Notes: a model not told the origin generated them from the letters alone. Shown: positions 47,203-57,478, numbered from the stretch's first letter. The stretch is 64,000 nt of DNA from Candidatus Bathyarchaeota archaeon (GCA_963772455.1 CAVYXJ010000007.1:128001-192000), one strand, 5' to 3'. Numbers and translations are program-made.

Positions 47203-47618
47203 TATAATTTCTCCAGTGCGCATTCAAACACGTAAAAGCAATTTATATGGCTTTCCGTATCACAACTAAGATTTTACTCTTAATAGACTAAGTGGGTGTT
47301 CCTGCGAAGGAACTATTCGAACGCGTGAGGTGTACAGTTTTGGGATTGCGTTTAAGCATTTATAGTTTACCCAAGAAACTCACAGAAAAAATAAATCAGC
47401 GAGATAGGTTCCTGCGTCTGCCGCTATCGACTTTGCCTTTTTCTGAAAATACATTTGGAACAAGTCGGACAAAAATTAGTGATTTTGTTGTTCACCCTAT
47501 ATGTTAAGCGATGCTTTATCGCTAAAATAACCAAATATTTAGTATTAAGTGCGATGTGTTTATTTTTCACGTTTAAGGTAGTCTATTTAGCTAAAAATCT
47601 AAAGGAGATTATCATTCG

Positions 47619-48683
47619 ATGGACAAAGCCGAGAAAATTACTATGTTACATGGCGCGGGCGGCTCAGTTATGCATGATCTGGTTAAGAACGTCATTGTAA
47701 AGTATTTTGGTGGTTTGAGTAATGAAGCTGAAGTTCCGTTGGAAGCCATGGATGACGCTGCAGTCATCGGCGACATAGTTTTCAAAAGCGACTCCCATGC
47801 TGTGAAACCCATCTTCTTTCCAGGAGGAGACATCGGGCGACTCTCGATTTCGGGAACAGTTAACGATATTTCATGTTTAGGTGCTGAGCCTTATGCATTA
47901 GCTTGTGGACTTATTTTAGAAGAGGGTTTGTTGCTGTCCGATTTAGAGAAAATTCTAGCCTCCATGCACCAGGCATGTGTTGAGGCTGGTGTGGGTATAG
48001 TAACGGGCGACACAAAAGTGGTGGAGAGGGGCAGTTTAGGTGGTTGCGTTATGAACGTTTCAGGTATTGGCAGAAGAACCCCAGCCCTAGAAAGCAATCT
48101 TGCTGTTTCCAGGAAATATCGAGAACTTAAAGCTCGCTGGGCACTTGACTCCAATCTTGCGGTTGGTGACAAAATCATATTATCAGGCACGATAGGCGAT
48201 CATGGCTTGGCGGTTCTTTCTGCTCAGCAGGGCTTAAAGTTTGGCAGTCAAATTCTCTCCGACGTAAAGCCGCTTAACCGAATGATTCAAAACATGCTGG
48301 GTAAGGTTGGCGGTGTTGTAGCTATGAAGGACCCTACTCGGGGAGGATTAGCAGATGCACTCAACGAGTGGACAGAAAAATCCAAAGTCGGCATACTGAT
48401 TCAAGAAGATAAAGTGCCCATCCACCAAGACGTGCAGACAGCTTGCGAAATGCTCGGTTTAGATCCGCTCGAAATTGGCAATGAAGGCAAAATCATAATT
48501 GGCGCAGTTCCAGAGAAAGCAGAGGAAATCCTTCATTTTCTAAAGCAAACATCTGAAGGTAAAGAGGCCCAAATAATTGGGGAAGCCACCATGCAATTCA
48601 AGGGTGTAGCTATGCAGACATTGGTGGGGGGCAAAAGAATAATTGCAAAGCCAGTAGGCGACCCCGTACCAAGAATCTGCTAA
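47619..48683 (+). CDS. hypE: Hydrogenase maturation carbamoyl dehydratase HypE
   Basis: HGAGG, PIFFPGGDIG, GDTKVV, KDPTRGG, C-terminal PRIC. Confidence 0.97.
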   Translation: MDKAEKITMLHGAGGSVMHDLVKNVIVKYFGGLSNEAEVPLEAMDDAAVIGDIVFKSDSHAVKPIFFPGGDIGRLSISGTVNDISCLGAEPYALACGLILEEGLLLSDLEKILASMHQACVEAGVGIVTGDTKVVERGSLGGCVMNVSGIGRRTPALESNLAVSRKYRELKARWALDSNLAVGDKIILSGTIGDHGLAVLSAQQGLKFGSQILSDVKPLNRMIQNMLGKVGGVVAMKDPTRGGLADALNEWTEKSKVGILIQEDKVPIHQDVQTACEMLGLDPLEIGNEGKIIIGAVPEKAEEILHFLKQTSEGKEAQIIGEATMQFKGVAMQTLVGGKRIIAKPVGDPVPRIC

Positions 48684-49768
48684 CCTTGTGCGGCGACGTT
48701 TTTTGCCCAGACGCGGCAAGTGCCTTCGCTACTGACCATGCAGGCGCCCACGGGTTTGGCGGGTGTGCAGGTTTTGAGGAATAGTGGGCATTCTTTGGGT
48801 TTGATTTTTCCTATAATGACAAGGTGGCATTCGCATCCAAAGTTGATGTCTTTGCCTTCTTTAACGTGAACATTGAATTTTTCCCGGGCATCAAACTGGA
48901 CAAGCGACGTGCGCAATTGCAAAGCTGATTCGGGAAGTCTGCCGATACCTCGCCAGTTTCCAGCTGTAACTTTGAAGGCTTTTTCTATCATTTCAATGGC
49001 TTTTGGGTTGCCTTCGGGTTTTACTACACGTGAATACTCATTTTCCAGCTGAGCGTCATTTTCGCTGACCTGTTTTAGAAGCATGTAAATAGACATTAAC
49101 ACGTCGTTAGGTTCAAAACCAGCCACAACCGTGGGCATGAGGTATACACGGGTAAAGAGCTCGTAAGGTTTTAAGCCGATGATTGCGCTTACGTGTCCAG
49201 GCGCGATAAACCCATCGATATGAAGATCGCCCACACCAAGCAAAAGCTCCATTGCTGGGGGGATTAATCGGTGGGAAACTAGGAAGCTGAAGTTTTTGGG
49301 TAAGTCACCTAGAGCTTCAACTGCCGTAATGGGCGCAGTGGTTTCGAACCCTACAGCATGAAATACAAATTCTTTTTGGGGCTCGCTTCTAGCCATTTCA
49401 ACCGCGTCGGAAACCGCATACACGATTCTGACGTCGGCTCCAGATGCTTTGGCTTCCAAGAGCGAGGATTGGCTACCTGGCACGCGCAACAAATCGCCAA
49501 AACAAGTTAATACGACGCCCTTCTGGGCCAACTGCAAGGCTTCGTCGATTTCAGCCGCTGGAACAATACAAACTGGGCAACCTGGTCCTGCGATAACTTC
49601 AACATTTTCAGGTAACAAACTGCGCAGACCAAAGTGAGTTATTGTCCATTCGTGGGTTCCGCAAACATGGCAAAACTTTACCTGCCCCTTTTTGGGTGTA
49701 ACAATCTTGATTTTTTCAGCTATACTATGTGCCAATTCTGGGTTTCGGAACCTTAGGTTATCAACCAT
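48680..49768 (-). CDS. hypD: Hydrogenase formation protein HypD
   Basis: CGTHE, GPGCPVC, GFETT, PGHVS, GACMVSSEGTC. Confidence 0.97.
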   Translation of the reverse strand: MVDNLRFRNPELAHSIAEKIKIVTPKKGQVKFCHVCGTHEWTITHFGLRSLLPENVEVIAGPGCPVCIVPAAEIDEALQLAQKGVVLTCFGDLLRVPGSQSSLLEAKASGADVRIVYAVSDAVEMARSEPQKEFVFHAVGFETTAPITAVEALGDLPKNFSFLVSHRLIPPAMELLLGVGDLHIDGFIAPGHVSAIIGLKPYELFTRVYLMPTVVAGFEPNDVLMSIYMLLKQVSENDAQLENEYSRVVKPEGNPKAIEMIEKAFKVTAGNWRGIGRLPESALQLRTSLVQFDAREKFNVHVKEGKDINFGCECHLVIIGKIKPKECPLFLKTCTPAKPVGACMVSSEGTCRVWAKNVAAQG

Positions 49769-49789
49769 GCTTTTCCGCTCAACTGCCGT

Positions 49790-50014
49790 TTATTCTTCTC
49801 CAGCTGCTAAAACATCGTTCCAAAGGCTTAGAGTCTCTAATGCTTCTTTTTCTTCCAAAACCTGAATCGCATAACCTGCATGAACCAGTACATATTCGCC
49901 GACTTTAACATTTACAAGCGATACATTTACTTCTCTTGAAACACCTTGACCAAAGTCTACATAAGCTTTGGTCCCTTCAAGGCTCAGAATCTTTGCAGGA
50001 ATCGCTAAACACAT
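49790..50014 (-). CDS. hypC: Hydrogenase chaperone HypC
   Basis: MCLAIP, YVLVHAGYAI. Confidence 0.97.
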   Translation of the reverse strand: MCLAIPAKILSLEGTKAYVDFGQGVSREVNVSLVNVKVGEYVLVHAGYAIQVLEEKEALETLSLWNDVLAAGEE

Positions 50015-50064
50015 AATAATCAGTCAGAATAAAACGCGTTGAAGGACGATAAAAACAGATTGGT

Positions 50065-52347
50065 CTAGAATTTGGAAAATCCAGCAACGACTGCTTGACC
50101 AAAAGATACCCCTCCGTCGCCCGCTGGAACCGCTTCGTGTACAAAAAACCTCAGCCCCGCAGACTCAATTGAATCGCAAATGAGCTTAGCGAGAATTTGA
50201 TTGCATGCTGCTCCACCTGAAAAACCTATATTTTTGACGTTTTTCGTTTTTGCACCTTGAATTGCCAATGCCGCCAAGCCTTTAGCTAAATATGAATGAG
50301 CACTATAGGCTAAATCTGCAGCAGAAACCCTATCTAAATTGTCAAAAACTGCTTGCATCATGTAAGTTGTATCCAAAATATTTCCCTTAATCAGAGGCTG
50401 AATCTGCAACTTATCCTTGCCTTCCAGAGCTATTGACTCAAGTTTAATGGCAGGCTCACCCTCATAACTCCGCTCAAAACATATACCTAAAACTGCCGAA
50501 ACCGCATCCAGAACTCGCCCGCAACTCGTCGTTTCAATGGCATCCTTACCGACTTTAATCTGCTGCAAAATTATTTTAGCTTCAGTTACTCCATGAGGCA
50601 AATGATTACTTTTTTGAATTAACCAATCTTCAACATTTGCACCTGACTTTCGAAGTATCCCTGCTGCCAAACGCAAGGGGTACCGACTTGCCAAGTCGCC
50701 ACCTAACAACGGCTGAGATTCCAAATGCCCAAGGCGCGCAAATTCCTTTGATTCTATTGTGCAATGAATGATTTCACCGCCCCATGCTCCGCCGTCGCCG
50801 CCATAACCGTAGCCGTCACAAACAACTGCCATGATCTCATCCAAGCCATGCTCTGCCATTAAAGCAGCCGCATGGGCATGATGATGTTGCACCTGAACCA
50901 GCGGTGATCCATCCGCCTCAGCCATTTCCTGAGCCAAAACAGTAGTGGTGAATTTGGGGTGTAAATCACAAGCAACCATCTCCCCCTTACAATTAGTTAA
51001 ATGTTGAAGATGATTTGTAGCTTCTTGAAGAAACCCGCGGGTTTCAACGTTTTCGACATCCCCTATATGTTGGCTAATAAAGGCTTTATCATCAAGCAAA
51101 ACGGTGGAAGTGTTGTTTAGCTCACCACCTAACGCTACGACACAACGTTTCGATTTTCGTTTTAGTCTAATCGGTACTGGAGCGTAACCTCTGCTTCGCC
51201 TAAGGAACACGTGCCGGTCGCCGTGGACACGCATAACGGAGTCATCGCAGCGATTTGCAATTTTGCGGTTGTGAAACAAGAAATAATCCACTGTTTCCCC
51301 AAGTATTTTGAGGGCTTGCTCGTTGTCATTTATGATAGGTTGGTTTGGCGGGTTGGCGCTGGTCATTACAAACGCCTCGTCGACAACTTGGTCGAAAAGC
51401 ATGTAATGCAACCCTGTGTAAGGCAACATAACGCCGACGTTATGTAAATGTGGCGCAATTAATGGAGAAAGATTGTAATTTGGGCTTTTGGTCAGCAACA
51501 CAACTGGACGTGCAGGAGAAGTTAGCAGTTCTAGTTCCCTCGAGCCTAAAGCTCCAAATCTTTCTGCCACCTCGAAGCTTCTTGCCATGATGGCGAAGGG
51601 TTTCTCGCGTCGATGCTTCGTAACTCGGAGCCTAATAAGAGGTTGCTCAAGAATGGTAGACGCTGAAATGTGGAAGCCTCCGTACCCCTTCACTGCAAGA
51701 ATATTGCCTTCCGATAGCAGTTTCCCGGCCAATCGCACAGGGTCTTTAGTTTGGACTGGTTCACCCGTGTTTGTTGTCAGATACGCTTGGGGTCCGCATG
51801 TTGGGCACGCAACGGTTTGAGCATGGAATCGCCGATTCAATGGGTCCTCGTACTCTTTTTGGCAGAAACCACAAAGGGGAAACTCAGACATGGTGGTGTT
51901 TTCTCGGTCGTAGGGCAGTCGCTCGATGATAGTAAAACGTGGACCGCAGTCGGTGCAGGTAATAAAGAAGTACTCAAAACGGGGGTTTTTTGGGTCTCGC
52001 ATTTCTTTGAGGCATTGGTTGCAGATAGCTATGTCTGGCGGGATGATGGAGCCTGAGGATTCGGCTTCTTGGGAACTCTTGCAAATCATGAAGTTCCGGA
52101 ATTCGTTTTTTCCCGAAAGCTCAACGGATTTTATTTTTTCTATTTGAGCTAGCTGTGGCTTCTCTTCAGTTAAGTCCAAAATAAAACTTTGAATTTTTTT
52201 CGCTTCGCCCTCAAGCAGCACCTCAACCCCGGCGTCGCCCCTGTTCCGCACGTATCCTGCCAAGTCGTTACGCAATGCTATACGGTAAACGAACGGGCGA
52301 AAGCCGACGCCCTGAACAATCCCTGTAATATTAAGTTTCACACGCAA
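50065..52347 (-). CDS. hypF: Carbamoyltransferase HypF
   Basis: GIVQGVGFRPF acylphosphatase domain, Zn fingers, KGYGGFH, QHHHAH, GDGGVSFGQ. Confidence 0.98.
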   Translation of the reverse strand: MRVKLNITGIVQGVGFRPFVYRIALRNDLAGYVRNRGDAGVEVLLEGEAKKIQSFILDLTEEKPQLAQIEKIKSVELSGKNEFRNFMICKSSQEAESSGSIIPPDIAICNQCLKEMRDPKNPRFEYFFITCTDCGPRFTIIERLPYDRENTTMSEFPLCGFCQKEYEDPLNRRFHAQTVACPTCGPQAYLTTNTGEPVQTKDPVRLAGKLLSEGNILAVKGYGGFHISASTILEQPLIRLRVTKHRREKPFAIMARSFEVAERFGALGSRELELLTSPARPVVLLTKSPNYNLSPLIAPHLHNVGVMLPYTGLHYMLFDQVVDEAFVMTSANPPNQPIINDNEQALKILGETVDYFLFHNRKIANRCDDSVMRVHGDRHVFLRRSRGYAPVPIRLKRKSKRCVVALGGELNNTSTVLLDDKAFISQHIGDVENVETRGFLQEATNHLQHLTNCKGEMVACDLHPKFTTTVLAQEMAEADGSPLVQVQHHHAHAAALMAEHGLDEIMAVVCDGYGYGGDGGAWGGEIIHCTIESKEFARLGHLESQPLLGGDLASRYPLRLAAGILRKSGANVEDWLIQKSNHLPHGVTEAKIILQQIKVGKDAIETTSCGRVLDAVSAVLGICFERSYEGEPAIKLESIALEGKDKLQIQPLIKGNILDTTYMMQAVFDNLDRVSAADLAYSAHSYLAKGLAALAIQGAKTKNVKNIGFSGGAACNQILAKLICDSIESAGLRFFVHEAVPAGDGGVSFGQAVVAGFSKF

Positions 52348-52447
52348 TCAGTGAGCCTTCGCTTAATTGTGAACAGAGGTTTTCTCTTATACATTTCTAA
52401 AAATAATTTGACAAAGCTTAAACCAAACAATTTCCGATTAAGATTGC

Positions 52448-52681
52448 ATGAAGTGGGTTACCTTTGCTGTCTCATTTCTTTTGACAGTTGCATTAGTTAT
52501 AGCAGGCGTCGCCCTTTATCCGGAAGTTTTAGGGAAAGCGGCAACTGCCAGCAACGATTTTGTTTTTGCGCTCTTTTTGGGTCCCTTCTTTGTTGTTTTG
52601 TTTTTTGCCTGGATGGGAGAAAAAGTAGTGCTTAGGCTTTGGAAGAAAAAAGAGTATGTTAGGAACTTTGAGTCGCCTTAA
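52448..52681 (+). CDS. Small two-TM hypothetical membrane protein
   Basis: Two hydrophobic stretches plus basic C-tail; intergenic and divergent from hypF. Confidence 0.6.
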   Translation: MKWVTFAVSFLLTVALVIAGVALYPEVLGKAATASNDFVFALFLGPFFVVLFFAWMGEKVVLRLWKKKEYVRNFESP

Positions 52682-52966
52682 ATTATTAATGTTGAGGCAA
52701 GAAACTCGAAATATACCGCAAAATTAGGGGCGCAACATGCTTTCTAGCCACATCCCATCCACACCAACATGAGATAACATCGAATTCCATTCAAGAATTC
52801 AACTTCCACCATCCCAACAGCAACTGGAAAACAACCCAAACCAAAAAAGCAAAAACCCCCTCAACCAAAGATGGGATGGTAACACATCCAAACCAACCAT
52901 CCCCACAAAGAAAGAAAACAGAAATAGGACTAGCTTGCGATTGTTTTTTAGGAAGCAAATTTAAAT

Positions 52967-54580
52967 TTAGGACTTTTCCTGGAGCAGTCGCTTCAAGACT
53001 TTACCCGCTGCGCTGAGGGGTAGTTCTTTTCTGAATTCGACTTCTCGTATTGCTTTGTAGGAAGCTACTTTGCCGTTGACGAAAGACATAATTTCTTCCC
53101 CCGAGGCGACCATGCCTTCTTTGAGCACTATGAAAGCCTTTGGAACCTCACCTGCCAAAACGTCAGATTTGCCCACAACCGCGGAGAGCTTCACCAATGG
53201 ATGCTCATCGAGAACCGCTTCTAGTTCTCGCGGGTAAACGCTGTAATCCTTGGTTTTGATAAGGTCTTTTTTGCGGTCAGTAATGTAGAAGTAGCCGTCA
53301 GCGTCCATGCAGGCGATGTCTCCTGTCAAAAGCCACCCGCCACGAAGCACCAAGGCGGTTTCTTGGGGCTTATGCCAATATCCTTTCATGATTTGTGGTC
53401 CTTTCACTGCCAATTCTCCCCTCTCGCCTTGACCAAGGGTTTTTTCACCTGTCTCAGCATCAACAATTTTGGCTTCCGTATCTGGCATCGGCAAACCGAT
53501 GGAGCCAACCTTCACCGTCCGCATAGACCTATCAACTGGGCTGCAATGTGTAACTGGCGATGCCTCAGTTAACCCGTAGCCTTCAGCTAAAAGCCCACCT
53601 GTGACCTGCATGAACTGCTTTTGAACCTTTGGCGGCAAAGAAGATGCACCTGATATGCAAACTCGGATTGAAGTTAAATCGTATTTCCGAAGTTCAGAAC
53701 TGGCAAGAAGCGCTTGATACATGGTTGGGACCCCGCAGAAAACTGTGACTTTGTACTTTTGAATTGCTTGCAGGACTTTGGCTGGCTCAAACCTTGGCAA
53801 CAACACCATTTTGGCGGCTAGGCTGATGGGCACTGTCATACTGGTTGTCATGCCGTAGATATGGAAAAGAGGCAAGGCAGTTAGGAACGTTTCTCTGGCT
53901 TCTGTGCCACGTATCCATATGGCAAAAGCAAGGGCGTTTGAGAGCAGGTTGCTGTGTGTCAGCATCGCACCTTTAGCAGTTCCTGTGGTGCCACCCGTGT
54001 ACTGTAACGCAGCTAAATCTTCATGCGGGTTAACCTTAACTTTTGGAGGTGTTATTGGGCTGTTTTCAAGTAAATTGTCGTAAATCAAGGCGTTTGGAAA
54101 TCTCGAAGATTGGACTTTTTCGGTTAACCCGGTAATTATTACTTGTTTAACCAGTGTTTTTTCCCTAACTTTCTCTACAATCGGATAAAGCGAATCCAGC
54201 ACTACCATGGTTTCGGCGCCAGAATCTACCAGTTGATACAATACTTCTCGTTCCCGATGCAGCGGGCTAATCGCAGTTACAACCGCGCCTGTTTTAAGAG
54301 CCCCAAAATAAGCGATGATAAATTGAGGGATATTTGGCAAAAAAACAGCCACCCTACCGCCCTTTTTCACTTCTAACTTGATTAGTACGTTGGCAAACTG
54401 GTTTGAGAGCGCTTCCAGTTGAGAGTAGCTTATTTCTTGTTCGCAATAGACTATAGCGGTTTTTTCTGGATAAGCCTCAGCGGTTTTTTTTAGGATTTCC
54501 TGCAAAGGAACCGTAGGATACTCCATTTGTTTGGGCACTCCAGCAGGCCAACATTTGAACCAAGCTGCATCATTTTTCAT
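52967..54580 (-). CDS. Long-chain fatty acid--CoA ligase (AMP-forming)
   Basis: YTGGTTGTAKG, EGYGLTE, TGD, DRKKDLI, GKVLK. Confidence 0.93.
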   Translation of the reverse strand: MKNDAAWFKCWPAGVPKQMEYPTVPLQEILKKTAEAYPEKTAIVYCEQEISYSQLEALSNQFANVLIKLEVKKGGRVAVFLPNIPQFIIAYFGALKTGAVVTAISPLHREREVLYQLVDSGAETMVVLDSLYPIVEKVREKTLVKQVIITGLTEKVQSSRFPNALIYDNLLENSPITPPKVKVNPHEDLAALQYTGGTTGTAKGAMLTHSNLLSNALAFAIWIRGTEARETFLTALPLFHIYGMTTSMTVPISLAAKMVLLPRFEPAKVLQAIQKYKVTVFCGVPTMYQALLASSELRKYDLTSIRVCISGASSLPPKVQKQFMQVTGGLLAEGYGLTEASPVTHCSPVDRSMRTVKVGSIGLPMPDTEAKIVDAETGEKTLGQGERGELAVKGPQIMKGYWHKPQETALVLRGGWLLTGDIACMDADGYFYITDRKKDLIKTKDYSVYPRELEAVLDEHPLVKLSAVVGKSDVLAGEVPKAFIVLKEGMVASGEEIMSFVNGKVASYKAIREVEFRKELPLSAAGKVLKRLLQEKS

Positions 54581-54792
54581 CGGGTTTTATCTCGGGTAAA
54601 CATTTGGTAATAGAGGTAAAAACTGTTGCGTCATTAAAGCTTTTTTCAGTTTCCGTTGAATAATAATCTTGTCAGATTATTGTCTGATAGAAGTAGCACT
54701 TGTAATCTTTCTGGAAGAGCACATGGTTTGTTTTCTGTCACTTTGTTTCAATGAACTTATGAAAAGGGTCATTTGTAGAAGCAAGAAGAAAT

Positions 54793-54901
54793 TGGTGCCG
54801 GGGACGGGATTCGAGCCCGCGACTTCTGGGCATAGGGCGATGGCCCCTTTTGCACTCCAGATTATGAGTCTGGCGCCCTAGCCAGGCTAGGCTACCCCGG
54901 C
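54793..54901 (-). tRNA. tRNA-Met(CAT), elongator type, with a 31-nt intron at position 45/46 (54824-54854); CCA encoded
   Basis: GCCGGGG/CCCCGGC acceptor stem, CCAGA-CTCATAA-TCTGG anticodon arm, GCGGG-CTCGAAT-CCCGT T arm; removing the intron restores variable loop AGGTC. Confidence 0.93.
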
Positions 54902-55715
54902 ACATTGCCTCTCGGTTTTATGCCGATGCCATTTTAGTTTATCTGCCTTCATTTAAACCTTAAGATTTCCCAACAAAATATCCAGATTGAGCAAAATAAG
55001 TTTCATCCCAAAATCAATGAAAGTCCTTGAAACCGCATACAAACTATTTATTTAAGAAATAAAAAAAACAATCTGCTTTGTTTGCCATGTTTAAAAATAA
55101 TTACTATGATAGGGTTATTCCTTATTTGTTTTAGAAAAAGTACATTTTGTGAACTATGTTATTCAACCGCTTTTCTTATGCTACGACTCTACCTTAAAGC
55201 TAATTATGATTCAAAGTTTAGAGGAAAGAGACCAAGAAAAACTCTTCTTTAAGCTATCGCACAAGAATACAGAAATCTTTGCAGTATCAGCTTACGTATT
55301 CTTTTCGTTTGTTTTGAGTTTGTTTCGAATTTGCTACTAAGGCAGCTTCGAACATTATTTCATCGACATTGTCGAAGGTTTGTTTTACGGCAAGGTTCAT
55401 TTGAGTCAAGCTTTAATTCACCAATGGATGTTTTAAACTAATTTTGACTGCAAATATTCAAATTCAAAAAATTCTCATAATTTCTGGAATGCTACTTTTA
55501 CTTTTCTCAAAATTGTTAATATACCTATGTGGTTTCGTGAGTACAACAACAAAATATCGGTTTATACCAATTATTCTGTAGAAAATATTTGTATGAATAC
55601 ATCAATATTGATAGTTTTAAGCAATTAAATGAATAACTATAGAGAAATATTTTTAAGAAAAAGTAATGTTTTCAAAATTCAATTTGTCGCAAAAATCCTT
55701 CGATGATGTTTGTTA

Positions 55716-55729
55716 CAATAAATTTATTG
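55716..55729. promoter_or_regulatory. Perfect 14-bp palindrome in the hsp20 promoter region
   Basis: CAATAAATTTATTG, 24 nt upstream of the called start codon. Confidence 0.4.
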
Positions 55730-55753
55730 GATTGAAGCCCCAATTATGGATGA

Positions 55754-56359
55754 GTGATTTGTTTGTCTTCAGATAATGACGATACTCCTGAATGGTTCAA
55801 GAAACGCCGAAGTACCTCTAAGGACCCTTTCAGCAACATAGATGATATGTTTCGCGAAATGGAGAAGATGATGGATGAAGAACTCAAAAGTTTCACCCAA
55901 AAAGTTCCCAAGGAATACGTTAAAGAACGCAAGTTACCAGACGGAAGCACCGTTAAGGAAATGGGACCTTTCGTCTACGGTTATAGCATGAAGATTGGCC
56001 CTGATGGTAAACCAGAAATCCAAGAGTTTGGAAACATCAAAAAAGGGCTCAAAGGTACCCCTCAAGTTAAGGAAGAACGAGAACCACTTGTGGACATAGT
56101 CGAAACTAATGATGACATTCATGTTGTAGCCGAGTTACCGGGTGTAGAAAAAACTGACATAAAACTTCATGGCACTGAAGATTCTCTGACAATTTCAGTA
56201 GATACACCCAATTACAAGTACTACAAAGAAGCTACCCTGCCCGTAGTAGTAAGAGTAAAAGAAGCAAAATCCAGCTACAAAAACGGTGTTTTAGAAGTCA
56301 TTATTCCAAAAGCCGAAGTTTCAAATAAACCGAAAGGTGAACCAATCGACATAAACTAA
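55754..56359 (+). CDS. hsp20: Archaeal small heat shock protein Hsp20
   Basis: GPFVYGYSMKIGPDGKPEIQEFGN, REPLVD, AELPGV, YKNGVLEV, C-terminal IDI. Confidence 0.95.
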   Translation: MICLSSDNDDTPEWFKKRRSTSKDPFSNIDDMFREMEKMMDEELKSFTQKVPKEYVKERKLPDGSTVKEMGPFVYGYSMKIGPDGKPEIQEFGNIKKGLKGTPQVKEEREPLVDIVETNDDIHVVAELPGVEKTDIKLHGTEDSLTISVDTPNYKYYKEATLPVVVRVKEAKSSYKNGVLEVIIPKAEVSNKPKGEPIDIN

Positions 56360-56408
56360 AAACCTAAACACCCACCTTAAAATTAATCCTTGAGCAGTTA
56401 ATGTAACA

Positions 56409-56861
56409 ATGAACGATACCTCAGAAAACGACACGATAAACACCATTTGTAAAGAAGCAAAAACAGCGGGCAAACTATCAGGTAACAACCTAACAGAGCT
56501 CTACGAGCTCTTTGGATCAAGATTCACCAAAGCACTAGATACCCTAAAAGAAGGAAGAGTAAAAAAATATGTTTTTAAACCAAGTGGCAGAACCGTTTGG
56601 ATTGTGGTCGGCAGAGAACGGGATTACTTGATTCTACCCGAAGCAGAATTTTGCCCCTGCGAAGACTTTTACTTTCGGGTATTAGACAAAAAAGTCCACA
56701 TGTGCTACCATTTGTTAACGCAGAAAATAGCCCAAAACTTGGGCTGGTTTAACCCTATTGAGGAAAATGACGAATGCTTTGAAATGTTGATGAAGGATTG
56801 GAAAAAAGCTGACGCCAAAACAACGTTTAATTCTGAAAAGAATTGCGATCACGATTACTGA
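56409..56861 (+). CDS. SWIM-type zinc finger protein
   Basis: WIVVG...Y...FCPCEDF...CYH. Confidence 0.85.
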   Translation: MNDTSENDTINTICKEAKTAGKLSGNNLTELYELFGSRFTKALDTLKEGRVKKYVFKPSGRTVWIVVGRERDYLILPEAEFCPCEDFYFRVLDKKVHMCYHLLTQKIAQNLGWFNPIEENDECFEMLMKDWKKADAKTTFNSEKNCDHDY

Positions 56862-57047
56862 CAATTTAAAATTATGTTATAAATGTTTTTTTGCAAATTG
56901 CATAAATTTTTTAAGGTCAATGTTTCGTTAGCCATTGTTGAATAATGCTTGCAAAAAAGAAGGCTGAATAATAGTTAGCCATTTCATCTTTAGATTTAAA
57001 TATGAAGACGCTACAACAATAGGTAAATACACAAGGAGAACCTCACG

Positions 57048-57170
57048 ATGGAAACAGGCGCATACTTCGTAACACTCCAATATGTCCTGATGGGCTCAGT
57101 ATTTATTGCTCTATTACTCGTCTTCCTGTATGCTTATTATGGAAAGGATGATGAGAAAACAAAAGATTAA
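57048..57170 (+). CDS. 40-aa single-TM microprotein (not in ORF track)
   Basis: METGAYFVTLQYVLMGSVFIALLLVFLYAYYGKDDEKTKD; AAGGAG SD, upstream TTTAAATA, T-tract after the stop. Confidence 0.7.
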   Translation: METGAYFVTLQYVLMGSVFIALLLVFLYAYYGKDDEKTKD

Positions 57171-57183
57171 CTTTTTTTAAAAA

Positions 57184-57474
57184 CTATTTTCGTCTCGATC
57201 GCTTATTCAAAATTATAAACAAGGCTAAACTTGCAACAGTTAGAATTAAGCTAATTGCAATTAGCCAACCTGCATCAGGTCCCGAACCGAAAACAATCGG
57301 AATTGGACCAATCAAAATTATACCTCCAACACTTCCTGACCCACTTAAAACAATGGAAGCAACCACCAAAACTACTATCCCGACAAAAACCAAAACTATT
57401 CCTAAAAGCAAAAAACCAAGCAATCGACCTGAAATATTGATTCCGTAATCTTGAAATTCTTCATCACTCGACAT
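57184..57474 (-). CDS. DUF131 (TIGR00304) membrane protein
   Basis: GGIILIGPIPIVFGS signature. Confidence 0.88.
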   Translation of the reverse strand: MSSDEEFQDYGINISGRLLGFLLLGIVLVFVGIVVLVVASIVLSGSGSVGGIILIGPIPIVFGSGPDAGWLIAISLILTVASLALFIILNKRSRRK

Positions 57475-57478
57475 AGCT

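Noticed and set aside
47619-52347. hyp cluster as a novel system or mobile island
   Set aside because: Standard [NiFe]-hydrogenase maturation genes; no mobility genes or flanking repeats seen, and hypA/hypB are commonly located elsewhere
54864-54866. Initiator tRNA-Met or tRNA-Ile2 identity; canonical 37/38 intron
   Set aside because: G1-C72 and no run of three G-C pairs in the anticodon stem argue against initiator; the GCCGGGG acceptor fits elongator Met better than Ile2 (not absolute); the anticodon arm is intact without splicing
54669-54881. 70-aa ORF on the + strand
   Set aside because: Antisense to the tRNA gene
55149-55340. 63-aa ORF and nearby short palindromes upstream of hsp20
   Set aside because: No SD or homology cue; palindromes this short are expected by chance
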